Source of the DNA: Candidatus Woesearchaeota archaeon
GTDB lineage: Archaea; Nanobdellota; Nanobdellia; Woesearchaeales; JAAOYA01
Assembly (NCBI GenBank): GCA_018221105.1
Contig: JAAOYA010000008.1
Coordinates: forward strand, 128,648-192,647
Direction of reading: 5' to 3'
DNA length: 64,000 nt
Shown: positions 40,401 through 47,676 of the stretch, one piece after another
Layout of the letters: the number at the start of each line of letters is the position of its first letter
Position numbering within the stretch: position 1 is the first letter of the stretch
The notes under the pieces: generated by a model
What the model saw: the letters and a program-made list of their open reading frames with translations, nothing else
What the model was told of the DNA's origin: nothing
Databases searched by the model: none
Translations under genes and position numbers: made by a program

Positions 40401-41873
40401 AAGCCAAGTAAAACTGGTGTTGCCTGTATCATTCAAATTACTTTGAGTCCAACTAACTGTTGTTGAAGTAGTACTCGTTGATAAGCCAACACGCAACTCG
40501 TTACTATTAAGATATGTTTGATCATGATCAAAATGCCCACGATGATCAGCACTATTGACAGTAACCCCTCCGTCAGGGGTTATTGTTATTGTAGCATTAA
40601 AAATTATCTCAAAAAGGTAACCATCTTGTGCTCCTGGCGGGACATCAACTGTTATCGGACAATAAGTGTTGCAAGTTGCTTGGCCAGGATTATCTTTTAT
40701 TGCTGAATCTGTACCAGAACAATTACAACCTGAAGAAATAACTTGAGTGTACAAAGGATCTAATCTTGTAAAATTGAAAGTATAAACTTGTCCTATAACC
40801 AAATCCATTATTTTTGTTTGGTTGCCATAACAACTTTGTGTTGTAAAATTATAATCTGTACACTTATATAATTCTTCGCCTTGTGCAGTGAAAGTCACTG
40901 TCGCTGTTTGAAAATCTATGCGCGTTGGATCTATTGCAAAGGCTCTGGTGTTGACCTTACCATAAATTTTGTTTTTGTAAAGCGGTACTTCTTCAAATCC
41001 AAGGCTTTCATTTTGATTATAAGCAATGTTTTTGAATTCTATAAGCTCAATATTGTGCGATGGATTAAAATAGTATAATTTTGATTCAGTAGTGTTTTCT
41101 AATAGCACAACATTTTCTTCTCTAAACTCTGAAAGACTATTCATTATTTTTAATTGTTTGTTGCTGGAACTTTCTAATTGTAAAATGTCAGATTGTCTAA
41201 TTGTCACACTTCGACGGTCATTAGTTTGGCCATTATCAGCGTAATTATTGTTTTGCGAGCGTTGTACTACACTAAAAGTTAAAGTATTAATTAAATTGCC
41301 AAAAGCATCATATAAGTAAATAGTATAATTTCCAACTCTTGTTGGTCTGAATAATAGTTCTGTATCAACTCCTTGATAGCTTGTCCTAAAACCATTTGTT
41401 TCAATTACTAAATTATAGTTTTGTGTGTTGTTAGTGTTGACAATTATTTGTATTAGTTCATCATCATAAAAATTTCTTTTGTTCAAAAATAATAATTGTT
41501 CATTTGCACCGTTGTTGTTCGGTTGATTATTGTGAGTTACTACGAAACTTTCTTGTTCATACACACTACTATTTGTTGTATCAACAAGTCTTACCGTATA
41601 AGAACCAAGGTTATTTGCGGAAAATAATATTCTGTCAAGCAATTCTCCTTGATAAGTGTATCTTCGACCTTGAGAATCAATAATAAGGTTTGCAGAATTG
41701 AGTCCTAATAGTGTTTTGTTAACATCAATAATTACTGTTTCACCAACCGCAAAATCGTGCTTGTTTAATTCTAAATAGTTTGCACTTACAAAAACACTTA
41801 AGCTTATCAAAAAGCTCAGTACTACTATGCTTGCCGCTTTCGCGCGGCTTTGTTTGTCTTTCGCGACCGACAT
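34491..41873 (-). CDS. Giant secreted Ig-repeat adhesin-like protein (2460 aa) plus C-terminal subunit-like domain
   Basis: Signal peptide; 14 copies of a ~95-aa C...W-x-x-x-C Ig-like repeat; CARDB (EVNESDNN); C-terminal YHLVAGNISGELVI...VAFYAEIK. Confidence 0.82.
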   Translation of the reverse strand: MSVAKDKQSRAKAASIVVLSFLISLSVFVSANYLELNKHDFAVGETVIIDVNKTLLGLNSANLIIDSQGRRYTYQGELLDRILFSANNLGSYTVRLVDTTNSSVYEQESFVVTHNNQPNNNGANEQLLFLNKRNFYDDELIQIIVNTNNTQNYNLVIETNGFRTSYQGVDTELLFRPTRVGNYTIYLYDAFGNLINTLTFSVVQRSQNNNYADNGQTNDRRSVTIRQSDILQLESSSNKQLKIMNSLSEFREENVVLLENTTESKLYYFNPSHNIELIEFKNIAYNQNESLGFEEVPLYKNKIYGKVNTRAFAIDPTRIDFQTATVTFTAQGEELYKCTDYNFTTQSCYGNQTKIMDLVIGQVYTFNFTRLDPLYTQVISSGCNCSGTDSAIKDNPGQATCNTYCPITVDVPPGAQDGYLFEIIFNATITITPDGGVTVNSADHRGHFDHDQTYLNSNELRVGLSTSTTSTTVSWTQSNLNDTGNTSFTWLDCGNWPDNCTWYTRVASIVDFSTSGRSVKYLTTQITLDNVEVTWNFTGQGATSVVLNWPENNDYTNNPNMFFNFTSLTASTLDYCGLYNDDGGWSEKNTNTSPQNNTPTYLNDTISADGTYSWNVWCNSTDSSSSWAPANYTFTLDRQDPNINLMTPNESDTWTSSSVVDFIFNASDNSGQPLTNCSLYINGSYADTATDVSQDTPTTFNYALSNGAYNWYVECYDIASNSNVSVTRNLTVQAPIILWGGLWYETGAINYNYTIANIALANQTDGTQNTVNNSLLSGTTVDLVNATSPYIGNNGAFIPSGSTVTFRSYFTLAEANLFTDWTFLTESDSGARTDYCFASDTSAVPGDDTYVEEICTFSSDVTIGSSEKLVLFSNISNTHASQTRDFTHAFDHADSWMNFSNFYMLGTLSANMTQPNDTVIVQQGETFNFTCNVTCTLGYCINTYIYAQYNTSVTAWQNITTSGNLVLAGGEVNPALIGNFTGGALATILMNGSTGSTNNIRCYASSRFENYLAPQLQQVIVTDAAAPDINLTAPPNTGWINTTNITFYFDAYDASGLNNCSLYINNTFNTSKNTSELNNGGSNNLTALGFSNGWYNWTVNCTDTGFYEGAANDGSWLVYVDTAPPNVTRYYPGPDENISFNWINFNWTVQDNMAVNSSCDLYVDGSINASGLTVPTGNPYNRTVAGFSEGLHNWSLNCWDEANNLNSTSTWWFNVSNTPPIVTLYNPSDPFWSNESTLFLYYNFSDNNGAQNCSLLINGSIYNTTFGDNVTNNDINNFSVTLGDNQYNWTVECYDGGGLYDSDTVRTLYIDTTQPNARLVNPANESQLASGDVSFTINATDNLAPIINCNITLDGQYLTNVNANNGANTNFAEPGISDGVHYWNATCVDFAGNTNTSLIPWFNVSQAPTVALNNPPPNAYRQENVTFTFTPTDNDGFSSCDLIIDGVINDTLPSANITNGGLTSWTINYIGAGSHTWQVNCTDNGTHSSIGSSGLRLFYVDMQKPNVQLNFPGPFNVVNFSYVNFNWTADDDQDLTPYCNLTINDIVNKTDIASPDGVPTNWTVGNFTNGEYNWSVTCIDDAGNFNISDTYWFNITVPPTVNLDSPPPEFWDYYLDQTLYYYVDANDPLQNCTLYIDDLYNDSNSTPANKDFNSFDIVFAQEEFYNWSVSCTDNGNVTGYSEVWNLNIDWTLPTVNLTNPSNDSMWYDNYVDLNWTFIDNMAPNGTCNLTIDDGGGAYVETPYNIITFNDTEQNITKLYHDGQFVWNVTCWDLAGVNGTSFTYNFTIYAPPNVSLDYPPNNHWNNTGNVSITYTPYDPFFIRNCSMYLNDNLDYNTSTINQGLPNYYTFENLASGYYNWTVGCYDVDNNYYQPPVQWFYVDVIEPTINLVTPVNGDNFTVDSVLFNFSVTDDFDDYLSCNLTVDNIVRAENVPIANNTYYNTTLNGFGDEVHYWNVTCVDNATNYNTSDTRSFTVNITPTVTLGAPDDDWYNDSSVTFFYNASDNDGFGNCSLIINDALNDTAYDENITGIDNFSVTGFNQGIFNWTVGCYDNGTYNNYYQPPIRWFYTDWTPPNINLTTPLNGNVTFNKSVLFNFTATDNLATNLTCYLTFDGSINQTMNLTNNSYWNKTLIVDTGLHYWNVTCTDIAGNTNTSNTYNFSVPNPNLYINNSMLWFNQTLSQEGQNVTLYANITNAGGSDAQNVLVRFYENAIVAPNQIGSDQYFNITSTQTINTSVNWTVKIGSNTIWVLVDPLNAIGEVNESDNNASIIVTIAGYHLVAGNISGELVIGDQDYNSVFAWNKLNSTGDNLYATDYDSSINWPSLQAIGVSTTQNFAVDDWQEIDEAILMSNFSDSINASYTQNFAPRDIKTFEVFNNPITNVSIVNSTINNNFVTGILWDYGDGGVQYNNTQDLVFVTEINVNTTGQYGNYDFEFKIPANLRLYLGPNTQTVAFYAEIK

Positions 41874-41931
41874 GTTAAGCGTGAATTATTGAGTTGCTAA
41901 ATGATCAATTAGTTTGTAATTGTTCTTTGTA

Positions 41932-43044
41932 CTATTCTTTTTTATCTTCAGGTTTCTCTGCTTGATTTTCTTGACCTTCAGAATTTTTTCCTTCTTGGTT
42001 TTCTTCTTTGGTCTCTTGTGCTGGTTCTTCTTTGTTTTCGTCTAATGATTTATTCACAATATCGACAGATTCTTCTTTTTCTTTTTGGTCGTCTGTTACT
42101 TCTTTTGCACCGGATTGCTCTTCTTCGCCTTCTTCTTTTTTGCCTTTTAGTTTGTCAATCATTTTAGAGAGCAAATTCTTTTTTTCGCGCTTTTTAATAT
42201 TAAATTTTACATCAAATTTATCGCTTAATTGCTCTTGCAATTGATCGAACTTATCATCTAATTCTTTGTCTGTACGTTTTGCTTTTTTGTCAATAAGCTT
42301 TAAAATGTTAGTGGTGTGCTTTTCAAAATCATTAAATTTGTTAACTAAGCTAACAACTTCTTTTTTGTCACTTTTTTCATTAGCAGTTACTTTCATCTTG
42401 TCAAAATCATTTTGTATTCTTTGAAAACTCTTATTGAGATCTTTTAGTGAATCGTTAAACTTATCAAAATCACTAAATCGCTTGTTAAACTCTATAAATA
42501 TTGTTTCTACCTTGTCAGCATGACGGTCAACAGTTCCTTCAATTCGTTGCATGTTCAAAACTTCTTTTTTGATATCATCAGCAAGTTTTACTATTTGATC
42601 AATTCCCCTGAAAACGTTCATTTGATGACGCATTTTTTTTAGCTCTTCCATAATGTTTTTCATCATGGTCTCGTTTGATTCAATATTTGCATGTAACGCT
42701 TCAACTTTTCCTTCGCTTTTTCTGACTGCAATCATCAGTTTTTCTGGTTGGACACTACTAACAAGATCTGATGATTTTGTTGCTTTGACCTCTATACCAC
42801 CTACTGCCTTGTTAGTATCCATTATCATACCACGTAGCTCTCCAACTTGCTCTCCAATACGACTAAAGCGTTCACTATTAGCTTTTCGAATCTCGCCAAA
42901 ACTTTCTAGTTGAGCTTTTATTTTTGTCAGCTCAATGTCTAATTTTGGGTTTCCAGTGTCTGCTGATTCAGACTTTTTTTCTTCTTGTACAGTGCCATCA
43001 TCTTGCTCTTCTGACTCTTGTTCTTTCTTTTTTTTGCCAAACAT
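41932..43044 (-). CDS. Cytoplasmic long coiled-coil protein with acidic termini
   Basis: Heptad-rich 370 aa, E/K-rich ends, no TM. Confidence 0.75.
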   Translation of the reverse strand: MFGKKKKEQESEEQDDGTVQEEKKSESADTGNPKLDIELTKIKAQLESFGEIRKANSERFSRIGEQVGELRGMIMDTNKAVGGIEVKATKSSDLVSSVQPEKLMIAVRKSEGKVEALHANIESNETMMKNIMEELKKMRHQMNVFRGIDQIVKLADDIKKEVLNMQRIEGTVDRHADKVETIFIEFNKRFSDFDKFNDSLKDLNKSFQRIQNDFDKMKVTANEKSDKKEVVSLVNKFNDFEKHTTNILKLIDKKAKRTDKELDDKFDQLQEQLSDKFDVKFNIKKREKKNLLSKMIDKLKGKKEEGEEEQSGAKEVTDDQKEKEESVDIVNKSLDENKEEPAQETKEENQEGKNSEGQENQAEKPEDKKE

Positions 43045-43060
43045 TTTCTAGCCTCTTTTT

Positions 43061-43756
43061 TTATGAATCTAATTGTATGCTTTGTTTTTTTTCTTGCGGA
43101 CCAAGCTTTACCCCATCTAACAATTCTTTCTCATCTGCTTTTATGACTTCTTGTATTTCTTTTTCTAAATCATCAAGCAAAATTTTGACTTTTTGCCAGT
43201 CACCACGTTCTTGTGTTGCTTGAGCAATTTGCATTTTTGCTTGAACGTTCTGGCTCAAAAGTTGTGGAACCCACATATCATAGTCTTGCTTTCTTAAATT
43301 ACTCATTTTTTGTTTTATGCCCTCAAAACGATCGTTTAGTGCAAAACTATCAATCCCTCCACCAAAAGCTTGTTCTACTTCTTGAGCCATCTCTTGTATT
43401 CTTTTTTCTTTAGCGCTAAGCTCTTTTGCAGGCTCTTGAGTAGTTTTGGGAATTGTTGGTTGTAAAGATTCATCACCATTATTTATTTGAACCTTTACAT
43501 CACTGTCTTTTAAAATCTCTAGCAGTTCTTCACTATTTTTTGCGCTTTGCAACCGAGCATTCACTATATCCATCTTGAAAACATCCTTTAACCATTTTGC
43601 AAAATCATTTCTTTTGTGTGACAAATGATATTTCACGTTTTTTTCATCAGTTTTTTTCAAGTATTCAACTAGCTCTGTAATACTTTTAAGATTCTTTCCA
43701 TCGACTGTTTTGAAAAACAATCGTTCATCTTCTAAAACCATTTCTTGCGATGTCAT
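43061..43756 (-). CDS. DUF5752-like domain protein
   Basis: FKTVDGKNLKSITELVEYL...HLSHKRNDFAKWLKDVF; the same domain occurs twice in the adjacent ATPase. Confidence 0.7.
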   Translation of the reverse strand: MTSQEMVLEDERLFFKTVDGKNLKSITELVEYLKKTDEKNVKYHLSHKRNDFAKWLKDVFKMDIVNARLQSAKNSEELLEILKDSDVKVQINNGDESLQPTIPKTTQEPAKELSAKEKRIQEMAQEVEQAFGGGIDSFALNDRFEGIKQKMSNLRKQDYDMWVPQLLSQNVQAKMQIAQATQERGDWQKVKILLDDLEKEIQEVIKADEKELLDGVKLGPQEKKQSIQLDS

Positions 43757-46700
43757 GCTGTTGATTCCTCTAAAACTTTTTTCATCGAACCCTTATCATG
43801 TGCTCCTCGAAGTTTTTCTGCTAAGTCAACATATCCAAAAACTCCTTCAATCCAACTAGCAAAATCATTTTTTTGCTCTGTCACATGATTGTCAAAAATT
43901 CCATCGTCTAAACCGTCGATGTTTTTGTACAGTTCATTGATGCTTTTTAGTTCTTGTCCATTTTCTAGTTTGAAATATTGGTCTGCTGGTGCTTGTTTTT
44001 CAAAGTCCAGCTTTACAAGTTGTGCAGTTTGTTGCGACTGATCTCTTTGTTGATCTACTTTATCATCAAGGCTTTCATTTTTTGGAATTGTTGGCTGTTC
44101 AACATTCTCGCCTTCAGGCGTTTTCATTTCAGGATGTTCTTGTTTTGCTTGATCGAAAGATTTTTCATTCATTGATTCCATTTGGTGCATTAATTTTTCG
44201 CCCTCAGCCATTGCTTTTTGTTTTTCTTCTTGCAAGGGCTCGGCTTGAGGGATTTCTATTTTTGATTCATCTTTTTTCTCCTCAGCTTTCTCTTCTGCTT
44301 TAGGTTCTTCTTTTGGAGCTTCAACTTTTGTTGGGTGTTGCGATTCTTCCATTAGCCGTGCTAACAATTCGTCTTTTATTTTTTCAGCCTTGACTTTCTC
44401 TGTAAGTTTTGGTGTTTGAAAGTTTGCTTCAATCCAATCAGCAATCTCATTTTTTTCATCATTTACGTGTTGCACAAAAATATCTTGACTCATACCTCCT
44501 AAAGCATCAATCAATTCTTGCAATGCTGTAACAGTAGCACCATTGTTAAAATTTAGTGCTTTATCAAAAGGCACAACAAGGTCCATAGTAGTAACCTCTT
44601 TTTGTACTTCTGTTTCTTTTTGTTTTTGAGCTTCTTTTTTTGCCTCTTCAGATTCGTATTTTTCGCGAGCTTCTTTTGCTTTGTCAAGCTCTTGTTTTAA
44701 TTCACTAACATCCACAAGTTTTTTCTCAAGCTTTTTTGGTTTTTTGCCAATCTTATCCCATAACTTTTTTATTCTAGGAGTCAATCCTTCCAAATAAATT
44801 TCTACCATGTTGAAATTGCCACTTTTTACTTTGTCAAGCGCTAGTTTTAATTCTAATTTCATATCAAAAACATCTTGTCCTTCTTCTTTTTCTAATTGTT
44901 CAAGTTCAAAACTTACTTGATCGATTATTTCATTGTACTGGTTGTACTTTTCGAGCTCTTCATCAGTAAGTCTTTGAACAGAATGAAGTAATGGTCTAAA
45001 GGCTACAAAGTATGGTTTGCCCCTATTGTACGCAGGGTTTTCTACCATTCCACTACCAACTTGTGCTTTTACAAGCGATTGTAATACTTCTTTACCGTAC
45101 TTTGTTGCAATACGCTCAAGGTCTCCTTCATCGCGAGTTCTCATCTGAATTTCTGTGTTAATGTTAGCTTTGATTTGTCCTACGAAGTCACTAAGTACTT
45201 GACTGATAAGCATTATTCCAATGCCCCATTTTCGAAACTCCCTACACCCACGTTCTATTTGTAAAAATCCTTCTCCACTGCCGCCAAACTTTGGCAGTAA
45301 TCGGTGCACCTCATCAAAGACTACCATCAAGCGTAATTCTTGAAACTCATCAAAGTTTGCGTGAAATACTTCTCTGATAGCGTTTGCAACGTAAATGTCC
45401 ATGTCTTTAGGGTCAAGCTTGTGACAGGCAAAAATTTGTATTTCGCCGGGCTTGATGTATTTTTTGATATCTATTATTTCTCTAGCGTCAGTGATTTGTC
45501 GAATGTTACCGTTAAATGCTTTCGCGTCAGTTTTTTTAAGTCCGAAAGTTGGATACAATTCTATCATGCTTTTAGTAGTACACTTTCTAAGCATCCCACT
45601 CCATTGCGCTGTAGGATCAAAAACTATTACTGCAACATCTTTGTTGAGCATTTCTTCAATGATTACTTGAGCGCTGACCGATTTTCCGCCACCAGTACTT
45701 CCCGCAATAATGGTGTGTGTTTTGAAGTTCTCCATGTTAAAATAAGTTTTATGATCTGTCTCTGCGATTTTTCCGCCAAAAATACTTCGCGGTCCTGGTC
45801 CTGGTAAAGTATCATATTCGACTCTTAGGTGATACCGTTTTTTTGCTTCAATTCGACGCTTTACAATAAAATAAGTTACTAGCCCTGCTAAAATCAAAAA
45901 TAGTAACAGGAGTATTTTCCAAACTTCTATAAGACCAAAAATTCGTACTTTGTAAAATGGTAGTGTCACTTGAAATAAAACGTCAGCAGTACTTGCCAAG
46001 TCTAAGTAATTAGCTTGCACTCGCAAAATATAATCTCCTGTTTTTAGGTCTTTTGGCAATCGATGATTTTTTAGTAGTGTTATAGAAGTTTTCAAAAATA
46101 CATTATGTGCTTCAGTGTGCATTATGTTACCTTGACGATCGGTGATAGTATAAAATAAGTATATAGGATATTGTTTGTCACTTAGAAGGTTTCTTAGTAC
46201 TGTCTTATACTCTAATATTTTGCCTGCTATTAATTTTTCATCTGTAAGCTCTAATTCTAAAAGTAGTGCTTGAACATCTAATCGTTCTTTGTCTGAAACT
46301 TCAATGTATATTGGTATTTCTCCGTTTACTGCTCCTTCAACGTAAAGTGTTCCGTTGTAAATGCCAAGTGGTTTTTGACCGAATATTGTCAGATTTAATT
46401 CTCTTTTAGACTTTGCAGGTATTGTTATTTGCGTTGTTGACAAGTCGATAATGCTTGAAGCATTGCCAAGAATTCTAAAAGATATTGTTGTAGGCTCGTT
46501 TTTAAGATTGTAAAGCAGTATTGTGTCATGCATAAATTGTCCTTCGTGCAAGAATCTGTTAAGTTGTGCAATACTTATCACAAAGTCTTGACCTTCTAAC
46601 TCTTTTGGCTCTTCAAAAAATGGTCCAAAGTTTGGTCCTATATTATCGTTTTTTCCAGGGCCTGTGTAGTCTGTTTGACCAGGTCCAGAAAAATTTGTTT

Positions 46701-47676
46701 GTCCTGGTCCTATATTGTTCTGTTCTGGAAGTAAAATTATATTATGATATGTTGTGTTAGTATTGTTTATTGTTACGTTTGCGTAATAGACTTCAAAGCC
46801 TGTTTTTAATGCTACTAGTACGTGCTCTCCAGCGTCTAAATTATCAATGTGATAGTGTCCTTGCAAGTCTGTGCTATCGGCCTGTCCTCGAACCATGATT
46901 ATTACAGTGTCGATAGGTAGCCCTATTGAAGTTGTAACATTACCATCTATTGAACCTGTACCATTTGATACTCCAATGCCTGATGGACAATTATCGTTTG
47001 GGTCTGCAAAAAAGTAATATGTTGCGTTAGTATTATTTTTAACTGGCAGTATATACTGGTAATTATATATCCTATCATTGAAGCCTTCTTGAAAGTCTGT
47101 TTTTTGTACAACATATACTATATTATTGCTGCCATCGCGTAGAACGCCTACTAAAAAATCTTGGCCTGTACCGTACTTGTAAAGTCTTGCTGCCGGAATA
47201 TTGTTGATTGTTTGTGTCCCTAATTCTATGCTTGGAATAACTTGTGTGAATGTGTTAGCTGCGGAAGTTATTTCTGTCCCATCATAGCCCATGTATAGAT
47301 CTACTAATTGAGGAGTTCCAGCGCTTATAGTGTTCCAATCAATGTTTTGTGTTTGCGAGGCATAAACTTCGTGCTGTATCTTAGGTTCTAAACACTCAAA
47401 AATAAGGTTTTGCTCAACCATATCACCGCCGCCGACCGTGGTCCATTGTTGGTTAGTATACGCGGGGTCCATAACCATCGCACCATAAGCCCCTGCCCAA
47501 TCAGTACTATCATAGCGAAATTCAAGGTTTACTTCATAAACTCTTCCGGCGAGTACTTGACTTACTGCATGACCAACAAATTGTGATACTATAAGTAATC
47601 CTTTAACACTAAGAATTGCTAGCAGTATAACAACTAGGTAAAACACTGCCTTTTTGAAATTGTGCTGTTGTGTCAT
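43753..47676 (-). CDS. Membrane-anchored HerA/VirB4-like (DUF87-type) ATPase with extracellular subunit-like and Ig domains and two C-terminal DUF5752-like domains
   Basis: N-terminal signal/TM, DWAGAYG domain, TM WKILLLLFLILAGLVTYFIV, Walker A GSTGGGKS, Walker B VFDEVH, RKWGIGIMLISQ. Confidence 0.85.
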   Translation of the reverse strand: MTQQHNFKKAVFYLVVILLAILSVKGLLIVSQFVGHAVSQVLAGRVYEVNLEFRYDSTDWAGAYGAMVMDPAYTNQQWTTVGGGDMVEQNLIFECLEPKIQHEVYASQTQNIDWNTISAGTPQLVDLYMGYDGTEITSAANTFTQVIPSIELGTQTINNIPAARLYKYGTGQDFLVGVLRDGSNNIVYVVQKTDFQEGFNDRIYNYQYILPVKNNTNATYYFFADPNDNCPSGIGVSNGTGSIDGNVTTSIGLPIDTVIIMVRGQADSTDLQGHYHIDNLDAGEHVLVALKTGFEVYYANVTINNTNTTYHNIILLPEQNNIGPGQTNFSGPGQTDYTGPGKNDNIGPNFGPFFEEPKELEGQDFVISIAQLNRFLHEGQFMHDTILLYNLKNEPTTISFRILGNASSIIDLSTTQITIPAKSKRELNLTIFGQKPLGIYNGTLYVEGAVNGEIPIYIEVSDKERLDVQALLLELELTDEKLIAGKILEYKTVLRNLLSDKQYPIYLFYTITDRQGNIMHTEAHNVFLKTSITLLKNHRLPKDLKTGDYILRVQANYLDLASTADVLFQVTLPFYKVRIFGLIEVWKILLLLFLILAGLVTYFIVKRRIEAKKRYHLRVEYDTLPGPGPRSIFGGKIAETDHKTYFNMENFKTHTIIAGSTGGGKSVSAQVIIEEMLNKDVAVIVFDPTAQWSGMLRKCTTKSMIELYPTFGLKKTDAKAFNGNIRQITDAREIIDIKKYIKPGEIQIFACHKLDPKDMDIYVANAIREVFHANFDEFQELRLMVVFDEVHRLLPKFGGSGEGFLQIERGCREFRKWGIGIMLISQVLSDFVGQIKANINTEIQMRTRDEGDLERIATKYGKEVLQSLVKAQVGSGMVENPAYNRGKPYFVAFRPLLHSVQRLTDEELEKYNQYNEIIDQVSFELEQLEKEEGQDVFDMKLELKLALDKVKSGNFNMVEIYLEGLTPRIKKLWDKIGKKPKKLEKKLVDVSELKQELDKAKEAREKYESEEAKKEAQKQKETEVQKEVTTMDLVVPFDKALNFNNGATVTALQELIDALGGMSQDIFVQHVNDEKNEIADWIEANFQTPKLTEKVKAEKIKDELLARLMEESQHPTKVEAPKEEPKAEEKAEEKKDESKIEIPQAEPLQEEKQKAMAEGEKLMHQMESMNEKSFDQAKQEHPEMKTPEGENVEQPTIPKNESLDDKVDQQRDQSQQTAQLVKLDFEKQAPADQYFKLENGQELKSINELYKNIDGLDDGIFDNHVTEQKNDFASWIEGVFGYVDLAEKLRGAHDKGSMKKVLEESTA

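Noticed and set aside
43753..47676. HerA-NurA repair helicase, HerA-based defence system or conjugative element
   Set aside because: No NurA/Mre11/Rad50, Sir2/nuclease partner, relaxase or integrase nearby; the protein has a large extracellular region.
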